64,000 nt of DNA from Brevibacterium luteolum (GCF_013004595.1 NZ_JABEMC010000006.1:62001-126000), one strand, 5' to 3'. Shown: positions 31,165 through 41,175, counted from the stretch's first letter. Notes: generated by a model from the sequence alone, not told the origin. Translations and numbers: made by a program.

Positions 31165-31859
31165 CGCAGGCTCGTCTCGCGGCGGGCGGCCGGGGCGGCG
31201 TCGGGGGCGCGCAGGTACAGCGGGGTCGTCGGCCACAGCTCGCCGCCGGATGCCAGGATCCGGGAGGCGGCGATCGCGAGGTCGGCAGCCGCCGGAGGTG
31301 CGGTGTCGAGGATCGGGTCGGCCACCTCGGGCACGGCGAGCAGCTCAGGATAGAGCTCGAACCCGCCTCCGATGCCCGCCGGCGTCTGCTCCCCTGCCGT
31401 CTCGGTCAGACGGGCTGCCAGATCGGCCGGTGCCGACACCTCGGGCCCGGTAGCGATGACGGGCACGCCGTGCTCGTCGAGTCCGGCGAAGCGGGTCCAG
31501 TAGACCTCTCTGCGGCGCGCATCGGTGGCGGCGAGCAGCGCGGCTGCGGGGTCGAGGCTGCGGTAGGCGCGCACGGCGAGCGCGAGGTGGCTGGGCACCC
31601 CGGCAGCGGTGATGCCGGCGCCGAGGCTGTAGCCGATCGCGGTGGCGATGCCGGCGCGCAGGCCGGTGAACGGGCCCGGCCCGACTCCGGTGACGACGAG
31701 TTCAGGGGCCGGCTGGCCGGCGGTGAGTGAGCGGATGGCCGGGCCGGTGAGCTCGGCATGCTTGCCGCCGGCGGCCGCACTCCACTCGGCGAGGACGGTC
31801 TCGCCGTCGGTCAGCGCCGCAGTGGCGGTGGCCGAGGTGTCGATCGCAAGGATGATCAT
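31161..31859 (-). CDS. tsaB: tRNA t6A biosynthesis protein TsaB
   Basis: LAIDTS, HAE, GVGPGPFTGLRAG, DARRREVY, PLYLR. Confidence 0.93.
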   Translation of the reverse strand: MIILAIDTSATATAALTDGETVLAEWSAAAGGKHAELTGPAIRSLTAGQPAPELVVTGVGPGPFTGLRAGIATAIGYSLGAGITAAGVPSHLALAVRAYRSLDPAAALLAATDARRREVYWTRFAGLDEHGVPVIATGPEVSAPADLAARLTETAGEQTPAGIGGGFELYPELLAVPEVADPILDTAPPAAADLAIAASRILASGGELWPTTPLYLRAPDAAPAARRETSLR

Positions 31860-32506
31860 GCGGGCTCCTGCTCTGCGAAGGCGGCGGCGATGGCGCTGAT
31901 GCGCGTCTTCCAGCTCGGCCCGGTCGGGATGAGCCGGATCGTGCGGGTCTCGTCCTCATCAGCCTCGGTGAGGTCGACGGGGCCGGGGGTGTCGCCGAGG
32001 AGATCGGAGACGTCGAGGGACCCGGTGTCGGGGCCGGCAGCCGGGTCGCTGCCGGGGTCGTCTGCGCTCGTGGCTGGGTCGGCGTCCGGTGCCGCCTCGG
32101 GGTCCTCGCCTGCGCGGGTGATGACGATCTCGAGGCGATCGGCCGAGAGTTCTTCGGCCAGGCCGCGGCCCCATTCGATGACGGTGACGGCTTCGTCGTG
32201 ACCGTATTCGAGGTCGAGGTCGGAGAATTCGGCGGCGTCGCCGAGGCGATAGGCGTCGACGTGCACGAGCGGCGGCCGGTCGTCGTGCGGGTTCGCGTGC
32301 GCGCGGGCGATGACGAAGGTCGGTGAGGACACCCGGCCGGTCACCCCGAGGGCGGTGGCGAGGAACTGGGTGAGCGTCGTCTTCCCGGCACCGAGGTTGC
32401 CGGTGAGGATGAGCACGTCACCGGCCTGCAGCTGGGCGGCGAGCAGCGAGGCGAAGCGCTCCATGTCCTCGCGGTCGCCGATGGCAAGGTGGGTGGAGTC
32501 GGTCAC
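31856..32506 (-). CDS. tsaE: tRNA t6A biosynthesis ATPase TsaE
   Basis: GNLGAGKTT, VSSPTF, HVDAYRL, VIEWG. Confidence 0.93.
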   Translation of the reverse strand: MTDSTHLAIGDREDMERFASLLAAQLQAGDVLILTGNLGAGKTTLTQFLATALGVTGRVSSPTFVIARAHANPHDDRPPLVHVDAYRLGDAAEFSDLDLEYGHDEAVTVIEWGRGLAEELSADRLEIVITRAGEDPEAAPDADPATSADDPGSDPAAGPDTGSLDVSDLLGDTPGPVDLTEADEDETRTIRLIPTGPSWKTRISAIAAAFAEQEPA

Positions 32507-33843
32507 CGGTCACCGCCTCGGGCGCGGTCACCGGGCGCGCTGGCGGCATCCGCGCCCACGGCGATGCGGTCGACGCGGGCGCTGATGCAGGTGACGATCT
32601 CGTAGTTGATCGTCTCGCACCAGTCCGCCCACTCTTCAGCGCTCGGGCCGGTGGTGCCGTCACCGATGATGATCACCTCGTCGCCGATCGCCACCTGGCC
32701 GCCGTCGACGGCCGGGCCGATGTCGAGGATCATCTGGTCCATCGCGATGCGCCCGACGATCGGGTAGCGGCGCCCGCCGATGGCGACATCGCCGCGGTTG
32801 CCGGCGATGCGCGGCAGGCCGTCGCCGTAGCCGCCGGCGACGAGTGCGAATCGGGTGTCGCGCTCACACCGGTAGGTCAGGCCGTAGGAGGCGCCGTGAC
32901 CGGCGGGGACGTCCTTGACGTTGAGGACCCGGGAGGTGAGCGTCATGACCGGGGTGAGGCCGAGCTGCGCGGCGGTCTTGTCTTCGAATGGGCTGATGCC
33001 GTAGAGGCTGATGCCGGCGCGCACGTGGCTGCCGGGCACCGGGTCGAGCGAGAGCGCGGCCGGCGAGTTGGCGAGGGTCACCATGAGGTCGTCTGCGCGC
33101 AGGGCGTGCGGCAGTTCGGCCTGCAGGCGGCCGTAGAGGGTGTCGAAGCGGTGCAGCTGGTCGACGGTCGCCGGGTCGCCGGGGATGTCGGCGTTGGCGA
33201 AATGGGTCATGATGCCGGTCACCCGCACCGGCGCCGAGGCGGGCGGTTCGGCGGTTCCGGCAGTTCCGGTGGCGGCCGTCCCGGCGGTTCGGGCAGTTCC
33301 GGCGGTGGCCGTCCCGGTCGTTGCCTGCGCACCGGCGGCGGTGCTGGGCTCGGCGGCAAGCGTGCGCAGTCGTTCGATGACAGTGTCGAGCTGGGACAGG
33401 GAGAGGCCGTTGCGGCCCAGCCCCGTGTCGAGTTTGAGGTGCACGTCCTGAGTGCGCCCGGTCGCCCGGCCTGCGGCGATGGCGGCCTCGAGGGCTTCGG
33501 GGGTGGAGATGCCCAGTTCGATCCCGGCGCGTGTGCAAACAGTGAGGTCGGCAGCCGGGTCGAAGAGCCAGCACAGGATCCGAGCCCCGGAATCCGGGCC
33601 GAGCAGCTGGGACAGGGCCACCGCCTCGGGCACGGTCGCCACGGCGAAGTCCCGCAGTCCGGCGGCATACAGCGCAGGGGCGACGATGTCGGTGGAGTGG
33701 CCGTAGGCGTCGGCCTTGACGACGGCCATGAGCTGGGCGGGAGCGACGCGCGCGGCGACGGTGCGGGCGTTGTCGATGAGTGCCGCGGTGTCGATGCGGG
33801 CGGTCATGACCGATCCGGTCGCTGCCTGCGCCGCTGCTGCCAT
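32503..33843 (-). CDS. alr: Alanine racemase
   Basis: AVVKADAYGH (PLP lysine), HLKLDTGLGRNG, SYG, GYGDG, GRIAMDQ, TINYE; ATG 33843 after AAGGAG. Confidence 0.95.
   Translation of the reverse strand: MAAAAQAATGSVMTARIDTAALIDNARTVAARVAPAQLMAVVKADAYGHSTDIVAPALYAAGLRDFAVATVPEAVALSQLLGPDSGARILCWLFDPAADLTVCTRAGIELGISTPEALEAAIAAGRATGRTQDVHLKLDTGLGRNGLSLSQLDTVIERLRTLAAEPSTAAGAQATTGTATAGTARTAGTAATGTAGTAEPPASAPVRVTGIMTHFANADIPGDPATVDQLHRFDTLYGRLQAELPHALRADDLMVTLANSPAALSLDPVPGSHVRAGISLYGISPFEDKTAAQLGLTPVMTLTSRVLNVKDVPAGHGASYGLTYRCERDTRFALVAGGYGDGLPRIAGNRGDVAIGGRRYPIVGRIAMDQMILDIGPAVDGGQVAIGDEVIIIGDGTTGPSAEEWADWCETINYEIVTCISARVDRIAVGADAASAPGDRARGGDR
33251..33316. repeat. 33-bp tandem duplication within an Alr loop insertion
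   Basis: Two near-identical 33-mers encoding GTATAGTARTA / GTAATGTAGTA. Confidence 0.75.
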
Positions 33844-33931
33844 GGGCTGTCTCCTTCGTTGTCGGTGGGTGGTGCTGCCGGGTGGTGCGGCTGGGTGCAC
33901 GTGGCTGTCGTGGTGCTGCCGGGAGCGTGTC

Positions 33932-35398
33932 TCAGGCCTGGTCGAGCACGGCGAGGACGTCGGCTTCGAGAACAGCCGGCAGATGCGAGGCGTGGGTCGC
34001 GTGCGCGCCTGCGCGTGCGTGCATGAGCACTGCCAGCCCGGCCAAATCGGCCAGATCGACATCGGTTCCCGCGGTGGTGGCCAGCAGGGCTCCTAGGATA
34101 CCGGTGAGCACGTCGCCGGTGCCGGCGGTGGCCAGCGTAGCGGGCCCGGGTTCCGGTGCGACGACGGTGCCGTCGGGCCGGGCGATGATCGTTCGGTTGC
34201 CCTTGAGCAGCACGATCGCTTCGAGCACCTGGGCGGCCCGCACGGCGTGGGTGACCGGTTCGGCTTCGACTTCGCAGCGGTTGGGCGCGCCGGTGCCCAG
34301 CCGGGCGAGCAGCTCGGAGAGCTCACCGGCGTGCGGGGTGAGGATGCAGCTCGTCTCCAGCGGCCGGGTGAGCAGCGACAGGCCGCCGGCGTCGATGACG
34401 AGCGGCAGCTGCTGGGATTCGGCGGCGGTGATCGCGTGCTGCATCGTCAGCCGGTCCGGAGCACCCGGCCCGATCGCCCAGGCCTGCACGCGCCCGGCGT
34501 CGGTGACGACCTCCGGGTAGGTCTGCAGGACGGTCTCGGTCACCTCGGCCGGGGCGAGGAGCCGGAGCATGCCCACACCGGTGGCGACCGCCGCCGAGGC
34601 GGTGAGCACGCCGGCACCCGGGAAGCGGGCGGAGCCGGCGACGAGGCCGAGGACGCCGCGGGAGTACTTGTGGTCGCCTGCCTGCGGGCGCGGCCAGAGG
34701 GTCGCGAGGGCGGCATCGTCGGGGACGTGGACGGCCGGGACATGGGGCGACATGTCGAGGCCGATGTCGACCATTGTCACCTCGCCGGCGGCATCGGCAC
34801 CGCCGGGCAACAGGAGGCCGGCCTTGTCGGCGCCGAAGGTGACGGTGTGGGTAGCGCGCACATGGGTGGGCCCACAGGCCCCGGTCGAAGCGTCGACGCC
34901 GGTGGGCGCGTCGACGGCGACGACGAACTGGGAGGAGGCAGCACTTCCCTGCCAGTCGCGGATGAGAGAAACGAGGTCCTCGGGCAGGCCCGGTTTGGCG
35001 CCGGTGCCGAGCACCCCGTCGATGACGAGATCGGCCCGCCGCAGCTGGGCAGCGATCACGGCAGCGGTTTCGGGGCTGAAGGCCTCGGTCCGCCCACCGG
35101 CTGAGATGAAGGCGGCGCTGCCGGCCGGGTGCTGCTTGCCGAACACGTCGACGGCGGTGACGTGGGCGCCGCGGTCTGCGAGGTTCGCGCCGGCGTAGAG
35201 GGCGTCTCCACCGTTGTTGCCGGCACCGACGAGCATGACGACGCGGCTGCCGGGGATCTGGCCGCGTTCGCTCAGCAGACGGCGGCACACGGAAGCGAGC
35301 CCAGCAGCGGCGGCGCGCATGAGCGCCTCCCCGCGGCCTGCCGCCAGCAGCGGCGCCTCTGCCTCTCGGACGGCGGCAGCGGTGTACCCGAGTCTCAT
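33932..35398 (-). CDS. nnr: Bifunctional NAD(P)H-hydrate epimerase/dehydratase
   Basis: GAGNNGGD, DGVLGTG, VDAPTG, HKYSRG, LTPHAGE, LLKG, AGTGDVLTG. Confidence 0.92.
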   Translation of the reverse strand: MRLGYTAAAVREAEAPLLAAGRGEALMRAAAAGLASVCRRLLSERGQIPGSRVVMLVGAGNNGGDALYAGANLADRGAHVTAVDVFGKQHPAGSAAFISAGGRTEAFSPETAAVIAAQLRRADLVIDGVLGTGAKPGLPEDLVSLIRDWQGSAASSQFVVAVDAPTGVDASTGACGPTHVRATHTVTFGADKAGLLLPGGADAAGEVTMVDIGLDMSPHVPAVHVPDDAALATLWPRPQAGDHKYSRGVLGLVAGSARFPGAGVLTASAAVATGVGMLRLLAPAEVTETVLQTYPEVVTDAGRVQAWAIGPGAPDRLTMQHAITAAESQQLPLVIDAGGLSLLTRPLETSCILTPHAGELSELLARLGTGAPNRCEVEAEPVTHAVRAAQVLEAIVLLKGNRTIIARPDGTVVAPEPGPATLATAGTGDVLTGILGALLATTAGTDVDLADLAGLAVLMHARAGAHATHASHLPAVLEADVLAVLDQA

Positions 35399-36729
35399 GT
35401 CAGGTTCCCTTCGGTCTCAGTCTCCCCCGCCTCGGGATCGGTGCTCCGTGCCCCAGCACCGTCACCGGCAGCTGCTCCCGCATCGACAGCTGCACCGGCA
35501 CCCGGCCAGGCGGGTGCCGCGGCGGCATGCTGGTGGAGTCTGCCGGCGGCGAGCGCTGCGAGGAAGCGGGCGTGGTCGGCGAGTCCCTCATCGGTGTGGC
35601 GGGCGCGCGGTGAGTGGTTCGAATCCTGTTCCTCGGCCACTGTGCCCGGAAGTGCTGCGCCGAGGTGGCCGTAGGTGCCCGGCACCTGTTGGAGGATGCG
35701 CGAGAAGTCCTCGGAGCCCGGTTTCGGCACCGTCACAAGGTGCGTGCGGCTCGGGCCGAACACCTCGGCGGCGGTGTCGAGATAGAACGCGGTCTCGGTC
35801 TCATCGTTGATGACCGGCGGCAGCACCGACCGGTAGTCGACGTCTGCCTCCAAGCCGTGGGCGGATACGAGGGTGGACACGAGGTTCGGCAGCTCAGCTT
35901 CGGTGCGGGCGGTGGTGGCCTGGGAGAAGCAGCGGATCCCGACGGTGAGCTCGGCGGTGTCGGGGATGACATTGGGTGCGGTGCCGGCATGGAACTGGCC
36001 GACGGTGATGATGACCGGGTCGAAGGCATCGAAGCGGCGGGTCGCATACTCCTGCAGCTGGCCCACCAGCATCGCGCCGGCCTGGATCGGGTCGCGGCCG
36101 GTGTGCGGGCGGGAGGCGTGTCCGCCCTTGCCGCGCACAGTGATGTTCATGATCGAGAACGCCGACATGTACGAGCCCGGCCGGCAGTACAGGTTACCGA
36201 GCGGCTGATCAGCTGACACGTGCACCCCGAAGGCGGCGATGACCGGCACTCCGGCGGCCTCGAGGACCCCTTCGCGCAGCATGTGACCGGCACCGTCGTA
36301 GCCCTCCTCGCCGGGCTGGAACATGAAGATGACGTCGCCTGCCAGCTCGTCGCGGACATCGTGGAGCAGCCGCAGCGCTCCGTACAGACCGGTGGTGTGC
36401 AGGTCGTGGCCGCAGGCGTGCATCGCGCCGTTGGTGGAGGCGAAATCGAAGCCGGTCGCCTCAGTCACCGGGAGGGCGTCCATGTCCCCGCGCAGCAGCA
36501 CCGCCACCGGCTTCTCAGGGTCGCGCTTCCCGCCGCGCAGCACGACCGTCAGCGAGCTCAGCGACTGCCCATAGGTGACCTCGACATCGAGGCCGTCGAG
36601 CCCGGCTGCGACCCGGGCCTGGGTCTTGGGCAGGTCGAGGCCGAGTTCGGGTTCGCGATGCAGATCGCGGCGCAGGCGCTGGAGTTCGGGCAGGAGGGTA
36701 GCCGCTGCGGCGGCGCTGATGATTGACAT
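35395..36729 (-). CDS. M20D amidohydrolase (hippurate hydrolase-like)
   Basis: LHREPELG, RGDMDALP, MHACGHDLH, FQPGEEG, GGHAS, GSEDF, NHSP. Confidence 0.88.
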   Translation of the reverse strand: MSIISAAAAATLLPELQRLRRDLHREPELGLDLPKTQARVAAGLDGLDVEVTYGQSLSSLTVVLRGGKRDPEKPVAVLLRGDMDALPVTEATGFDFASTNGAMHACGHDLHTTGLYGALRLLHDVRDELAGDVIFMFQPGEEGYDGAGHMLREGVLEAAGVPVIAAFGVHVSADQPLGNLYCRPGSYMSAFSIMNITVRGKGGHASRPHTGRDPIQAGAMLVGQLQEYATRRFDAFDPVIITVGQFHAGTAPNVIPDTAELTVGIRCFSQATTARTEAELPNLVSTLVSAHGLEADVDYRSVLPPVINDETETAFYLDTAAEVFGPSRTHLVTVPKPGSEDFSRILQQVPGTYGHLGAALPGTVAEEQDSNHSPRARHTDEGLADHARFLAALAAGRLHQHAAAAPAWPGAGAAVDAGAAAGDGAGARSTDPEAGETETEGNLT

Positions 36730-36770
36730 ACTCCCAGCCTAACCCCGCCGCACCCGCGATCCGGAAGCGA

Positions 36771-36792
36771 TGTCAGTGGGTCCCGATAGCCT
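36771..36792 (+). promoter_or_regulatory. RecA-independent DNA-damage (RecA-NDp / PafBC-type) promoter
   Basis: TGTCAGTG-8nt-TAGCCT matches the actinobacterial TGTCRgtg-N8-TAnnnT motif. Confidence 0.7.
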
Positions 36793-36852
36793 GAAACCAC
36801 GACGAAATCAGCAGCCGCTGATCGGCTGCACCCTCACAAGGAGGTGAGAGGA

Positions 36853-38757
36853 ATGGACCCCGATGACGACCCGCAGCTGGCCGTCGAGGTGCCGGCGAGC
36901 CCGGTGTCGCTGCTGGCTGATCATGTGGCCGCCTACAACCGGCAGCTGGGCCGCTATGAGGCGGTGCAGATGTACGGGCTGGCGCAGCTGGCCTTCGCGG
37001 TGCTCAACATCGACGACCGGCTCGCGACCCTGCCGCTGCAGCATCGGCCGGCCGATCCACCGGAGACAGGCGGGCCACCCGGCCCCGAGGCGGTGGCATG
37101 CGCGCCTGCATTCGATCCCGCGCGCATGGTCGGGTTCGTACCCGCGATGCCCGGGGTGACGGCGCCCGAGGCGGTGCTGCCCTCCCCTGCGGACGTCGCC
37201 GCAGGCCTGCGGCAGGTGCGCTTCAGCGGCTCGCTCATGTCGTGGTTCTGCGCCAATGACCGGGCTGAGAACGCGATACGCGTCGTGGTCTCGACGATGC
37301 ACGACTGCTCGCTGCAGAAGGCCTACACCCTGGTCTCGCGGGCGCTTGTAGCGTTCGTCGGCCTACCGCGGCTGACCGCGCTCGTGCTGCGTGGACAGGT
37401 GCCCTTCGAGCGGCTGGACTACACCGCCCGCAAGAGCAGCGACCTCACGCTCGCGCAGCTGGAGGAGATGGACGCGTCTATCTCTGCGATCCCGGCACAC
37501 CGGCCGATGCGCGAGGTGCGCCGGCATGTCGACATGGAGCTGGCGACGATCGAGCCCGAGGACGAGGCCGTTGAGCAGATCCACGAGCAGCGGGCGGTGC
37601 TCTTCGAAGCGCTGCCCGATGGCAGTGCGACGCTGACCCTGCGCGGGCCGCTGGCTCCGCTGACGGCGCTGTACAAGCGCACGCTCGCCTGTGCCCGCGG
37701 GGTCGTGCGCCAGCAGCTCGACGCCTTCGGCCTCGACCGCGGTGACACGGCAGGCAACGATGCGGAGCTGCAGCTGGTGGAGGATCGCACGATCCCGCAG
37801 ACGATGTTCGACATGCTCACCGGGATGGCTCCAGCTACCCAGCTGCGCGTCGAACACGGCGACGGCGGAACGCAGCTTTTGGAGGTGTCGTGTCCCACGA
37901 GTGCCGAATGGTTGCGCCGACAGGCCACCGTCAACGTCACCGTGCCGGTGATGACACTGCTCGGCCGTGCCGAGCTGCCCGGTTCGCTGGAGGGCCAGCA
38001 TCCGATTCCAGCCGTGACGGCCCGGCAGTTCGCTGCCGAGTCCTCGACGCTGTACCGGTTGCTGACCGACCCGCTCACCGGTGAGGTCCTCGATGAGCCC
38101 GCGCAGAAGTACGCGGTGCCGCGGGCGGTGCGCACGACGGTGCAGGCGGCCTGGTCGTGGTGCACGGCACCGGGCTGCAGCCGCCGGGCCTCGACGTCGG
38201 AGACCGATCACATCGAGTCGTTCAACCACCGTGACCCGTCTGCTGGCGGGCTGACGCAGGTGGGGAACATGCAGCCGCTGTGCAAGACCCATCACGACCT
38301 CAAGACGCGCGGGCATCTGCGCGTGGTCAAGGGCGATGATGGTGTGCTGCGGTGGACGATGATGTTCGGGCTCACCGGTGAGGCGCGCAAGCCGCGCAAT
38401 CCGGTCGAGCAGCGACAGGCGCGGATCATCGGTGAGGCACTGCCGGAGCCGATGCGCACCCTGCTGCACGATGACGCCACACCCGGTTCGCACTGGGCGA
38501 CAAGCCCACCGGCCGAAGCCGAGCGGGCAGCCAACGCAAAGACTGCTACCGCGCCGGCAGAGCCTGATGCGGTGTATCTCGATACGGCCACTGAGCTGGC
38601 CCAGTATTACCTGGGCCTGGCACGGGCGGACGAGCTCAGCGATGCCGCCAGGCGCGAAGCACTGCGGGAGGAAACGCAGGAAGAAGGACCGCAGGAGGAC
38701 GGGTCCTCAGAGGAGGGAACCAGCGGAACGCCGTCAGACGACGCTCCCCCGTTCTGA
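36853..38757 (+). CDS. DUF222 (13E12-repeat-like) HNH endonuclease
   Basis: C-terminal CTAPGC...ETDH...G.T...NMQPLCKTHHDLKT; upstream RLLTDPLTG; long helical N-terminal region. Confidence 0.8.
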   Translation: MDPDDDPQLAVEVPASPVSLLADHVAAYNRQLGRYEAVQMYGLAQLAFAVLNIDDRLATLPLQHRPADPPETGGPPGPEAVACAPAFDPARMVGFVPAMPGVTAPEAVLPSPADVAAGLRQVRFSGSLMSWFCANDRAENAIRVVVSTMHDCSLQKAYTLVSRALVAFVGLPRLTALVLRGQVPFERLDYTARKSSDLTLAQLEEMDASISAIPAHRPMREVRRHVDMELATIEPEDEAVEQIHEQRAVLFEALPDGSATLTLRGPLAPLTALYKRTLACARGVVRQQLDAFGLDRGDTAGNDAELQLVEDRTIPQTMFDMLTGMAPATQLRVEHGDGGTQLLEVSCPTSAEWLRRQATVNVTVPVMTLLGRAELPGSLEGQHPIPAVTARQFAAESSTLYRLLTDPLTGEVLDEPAQKYAVPRAVRTTVQAAWSWCTAPGCSRRASTSETDHIESFNHRDPSAGGLTQVGNMQPLCKTHHDLKTRGHLRVVKGDDGVLRWTMMFGLTGEARKPRNPVEQRQARIIGEALPEPMRTLLHDDATPGSHWATSPPAEAERAANAKTATAPAEPDAVYLDTATELAQYYLGLARADELSDAARREALREETQEEGPQEDGSSEEGTSGTPSDDAPPF

Positions 38758-38775
38758 CCAGCAGGCTCAGTCGGC

Positions 38776-39288
38776 TTAGCGCTGGCGCTTCTCTTCGGCT
38801 AGCCGTTCTTTTTCGGCTCGTCGCTGCTTCCGCCGCTCTTCCAACGCGGCGAGTGCCTCCGGGCTGCCCGGCAGCAGCGGAGGCGGCTGGTCGACCGGCG
38901 GTGACAGCGGCGCACCGGAGCCTTCGACGATGACATAGGTCATCGTCACCCGGGCATCATGGGTGATCGACAGGTGGATGTTCTCTCCGCCGATCTTCCG
39001 GAAGTGCTCGAGCACCGGCCCGGAGAGCCGGAACGACGGCGCACCCGAAGGCGCGGAGACGACTTCGGCGTGCTGCCATTCGATGATGCCCGGATACTGC
39101 ATCGCCTTGACGAGCGCTTCCTTCGCGGAGAACCGTGCGGCCAGCGACTCCGGTGTGCGCAGCTTGCCGTTGCGTTTGAGCTGCTCGGCAGGGGTCAGCA
39201 GCCGGTCGAGCAGCTCGGGCACCCGCTCGATGTGCTCAGCGAAGCGCGGCACATCGGCGATGTCGAGGCCGATTCCGATGATCCCCAT
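38776..39288 (-). CDS. acpS: Holo-ACP synthase
   Basis: GIGLDI, LAARFSAKEALVKA, SGAP, LSITHD; directly after glmS. Confidence 0.88.
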   Translation of the reverse strand: MGIIGIGLDIADVPRFAEHIERVPELLDRLLTPAEQLKRNGKLRTPESLAARFSAKEALVKAMQYPGIIEWQHAEVVSAPSGAPSFRLSGPVLEHFRKIGGENIHLSITHDARVTMTYVIVEGSGAPLSPPVDQPPPLLPGSPEALAALEERRKQRRAEKERLAEEKRQR

Positions 39289-39303
39289 AGCTGCCTGCCT
39301 GTC

Positions 39304-41175
39304 TTACTCGACGGTGACGGACTTGGCGAGGTTGCGCGGCTGGTCGACGTCCAGGCCCTTCATCGTCGCCAGTTCCATGGCGAAGAACTGCAGCGGGATC
39401 GTCGTCAGCAGCGGTGCGAGCAGCGTCGGGGTCTGCGGGACGTAGAACACCTCGGAGGCGTACTCCTGCACAGCCTCGTCACCCTCTTCGGCGATGACGA
39501 TCGTGTTCGCTCCGCGGGCACGGACCTCCTGGATGTTGGAGATGACCTTCGCGTGCAGGGAGTCACGGCCTTCCTTGCTCGGCACGATGATGAACACGAG
39601 CTGCCCGTCCTCGATGAGGGCGATCGGCCCGTGCTTGAGCTCGCCGGCAGCGAAGCCCTCAGCGTGGATGTAGGCGAGCTCCTTGAGCTTGAGCGCACCT
39701 TCGAGCGCAACCGGATAGCCAACGTGCCGACCGAGGAACAGCACCGACTGGGTGTCCTGCACACTGCGGGCAAGCTGCTCGACCTGCCCCTTGAGCTGAA
39801 GGACCTTTTCGATCTTCTCCGGGATCTGCTGCAGCTCATCGAGGATGACGCGCACCTCATCGGTGAACTTGTTCCCACGTAGCTGCGCCAGGTACAGGCC
39901 CAGCAGGTAGCAGGCGACGATCTGAGACAGGAACGCCTTCGTCGAGGCGACCGCCACCTCGGGTCCGGCATGGGTGTAGAGCGCCGCATCGGATTCGCGC
40001 GGGATCGTCGAGCCGTAGGTGTTGCAGATCGCGACGACCTTTGCACCCTGCTGGCGGGCGTGGCGCACCGCCATGATCGTGTCCATCGTCTCGCCGGACT
40101 GCGATACGGCGACAACAAGGGTCTTCTCGTTGACGACCGGGTCACGGTAGCGGAACTCGTGGGCGAGTTCGACCTCGACGGGGATGCGGCACCAGTGCTC
40201 GATCGTGTACTTGGCGACCTGGCCGGCGTAGGCGGCGGTGCCGCAGGCGATGACGATCATCTTGTCGATTGACTTGAGGATCGTCTCATCGACGTGGATC
40301 TCATCAAGGGTCAGCTTGCCGTCGGCATCCATCCGGCCGAGCAGGGTGTCGGCCACGGCCTGCGGCTGGTCGTGGATCTCCTTGTCCATGAAGGAGGCGA
40401 AGCCGCCCTTTTCGGCTGCGGCGGTGTCCCAGTCGACGTTGAAGCTCGTACCCTCGACAGGGTTGCCCTCGGCGTCGATGATGGCGACGGAGTCCGGGGT
40501 GATGGTGACGATCTCGTCCTGGCCGATCTCAACAGCCTTGCGGGTGTGGTCGATGAAGGCTGCGACGTCGGAGCCGAGGAAGTTCTCGCCCTCGCCGAGC
40601 CCGATGACCAGCGGCGAGTTGCGGCGGGCAGCCACGACAGTGCCCGGCTTGTCGGCGTGCACGGCCAGCAGCGTGAACGCTCCTTCGAGCTCGCCGGCGG
40701 TCAGGCGCATCGCCTCGGTCAGGTCCTTGGTCGTGGCGTAGTTCTTCGCCAGCTGGTGGCCGGCGACCTCGGTGTCGGTCTCGGAGAGGAACTCGACGCC
40801 ATCGGCCTGCAGCTCGGCCTTGAGGGAGGCGAAGTTCTCGATGATGCCGTTGTGGATGACCGCCAGCTGGCCGCCGTCGGCAAGGTGCGGGTGCGCGTTG
40901 TCGTCGGTCGGCCCGCCGTGTGTGGCCCACCGGGTGTGGCCGATGCCGGTCATCGCCGCCGGCAGCGGGTGGGCTTCGAGCTCCTCGGTCAGCGCCGAGA
41001 GCTTGCCGGCCTTCTTCGCACTGGCGACCTGGCCCTCATCGGTGACGAGCGCGACGCCGGCTGAGTCGTAGCCGCGGTATTCGAGCCGCTTGAGGCCGCC
41101 GAGCACGACGTCAAGGGCGCTGTGGCCCGCTGCTTCGGGGGTTGACGATGAAACGTATCCAACAATTCCGCACAT
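39304..41175 (-). CDS. glmS: Glutamine--fructose-6-phosphate aminotransferase
   Basis: MCGIVG, LEYRGYDSAG, GHTRWATHG, SQSGET, ELKHGP, PRNLAKSVTVE. Confidence 0.98.
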   Translation of the reverse strand: MCGIVGYVSSSTPEAAGHSALDVVLGGLKRLEYRGYDSAGVALVTDEGQVASAKKAGKLSALTEELEAHPLPAAMTGIGHTRWATHGGPTDDNAHPHLADGGQLAVIHNGIIENFASLKAELQADGVEFLSETDTEVAGHQLAKNYATTKDLTEAMRLTAGELEGAFTLLAVHADKPGTVVAARRNSPLVIGLGEGENFLGSDVAAFIDHTRKAVEIGQDEIVTITPDSVAIIDAEGNPVEGTSFNVDWDTAAAEKGGFASFMDKEIHDQPQAVADTLLGRMDADGKLTLDEIHVDETILKSIDKMIVIACGTAAYAGQVAKYTIEHWCRIPVEVELAHEFRYRDPVVNEKTLVVAVSQSGETMDTIMAVRHARQQGAKVVAICNTYGSTIPRESDAALYTHAGPEVAVASTKAFLSQIVACYLLGLYLAQLRGNKFTDEVRVILDELQQIPEKIEKVLQLKGQVEQLARSVQDTQSVLFLGRHVGYPVALEGALKLKELAYIHAEGFAAGELKHGPIALIEDGQLVFIIVPSKEGRDSLHAKVISNIQEVRARGANTIVIAEEGDEAVQEYASEVFYVPQTPTLLAPLLTTIPLQFFAMELATMKGLDVDQPRNLAKSVTVE

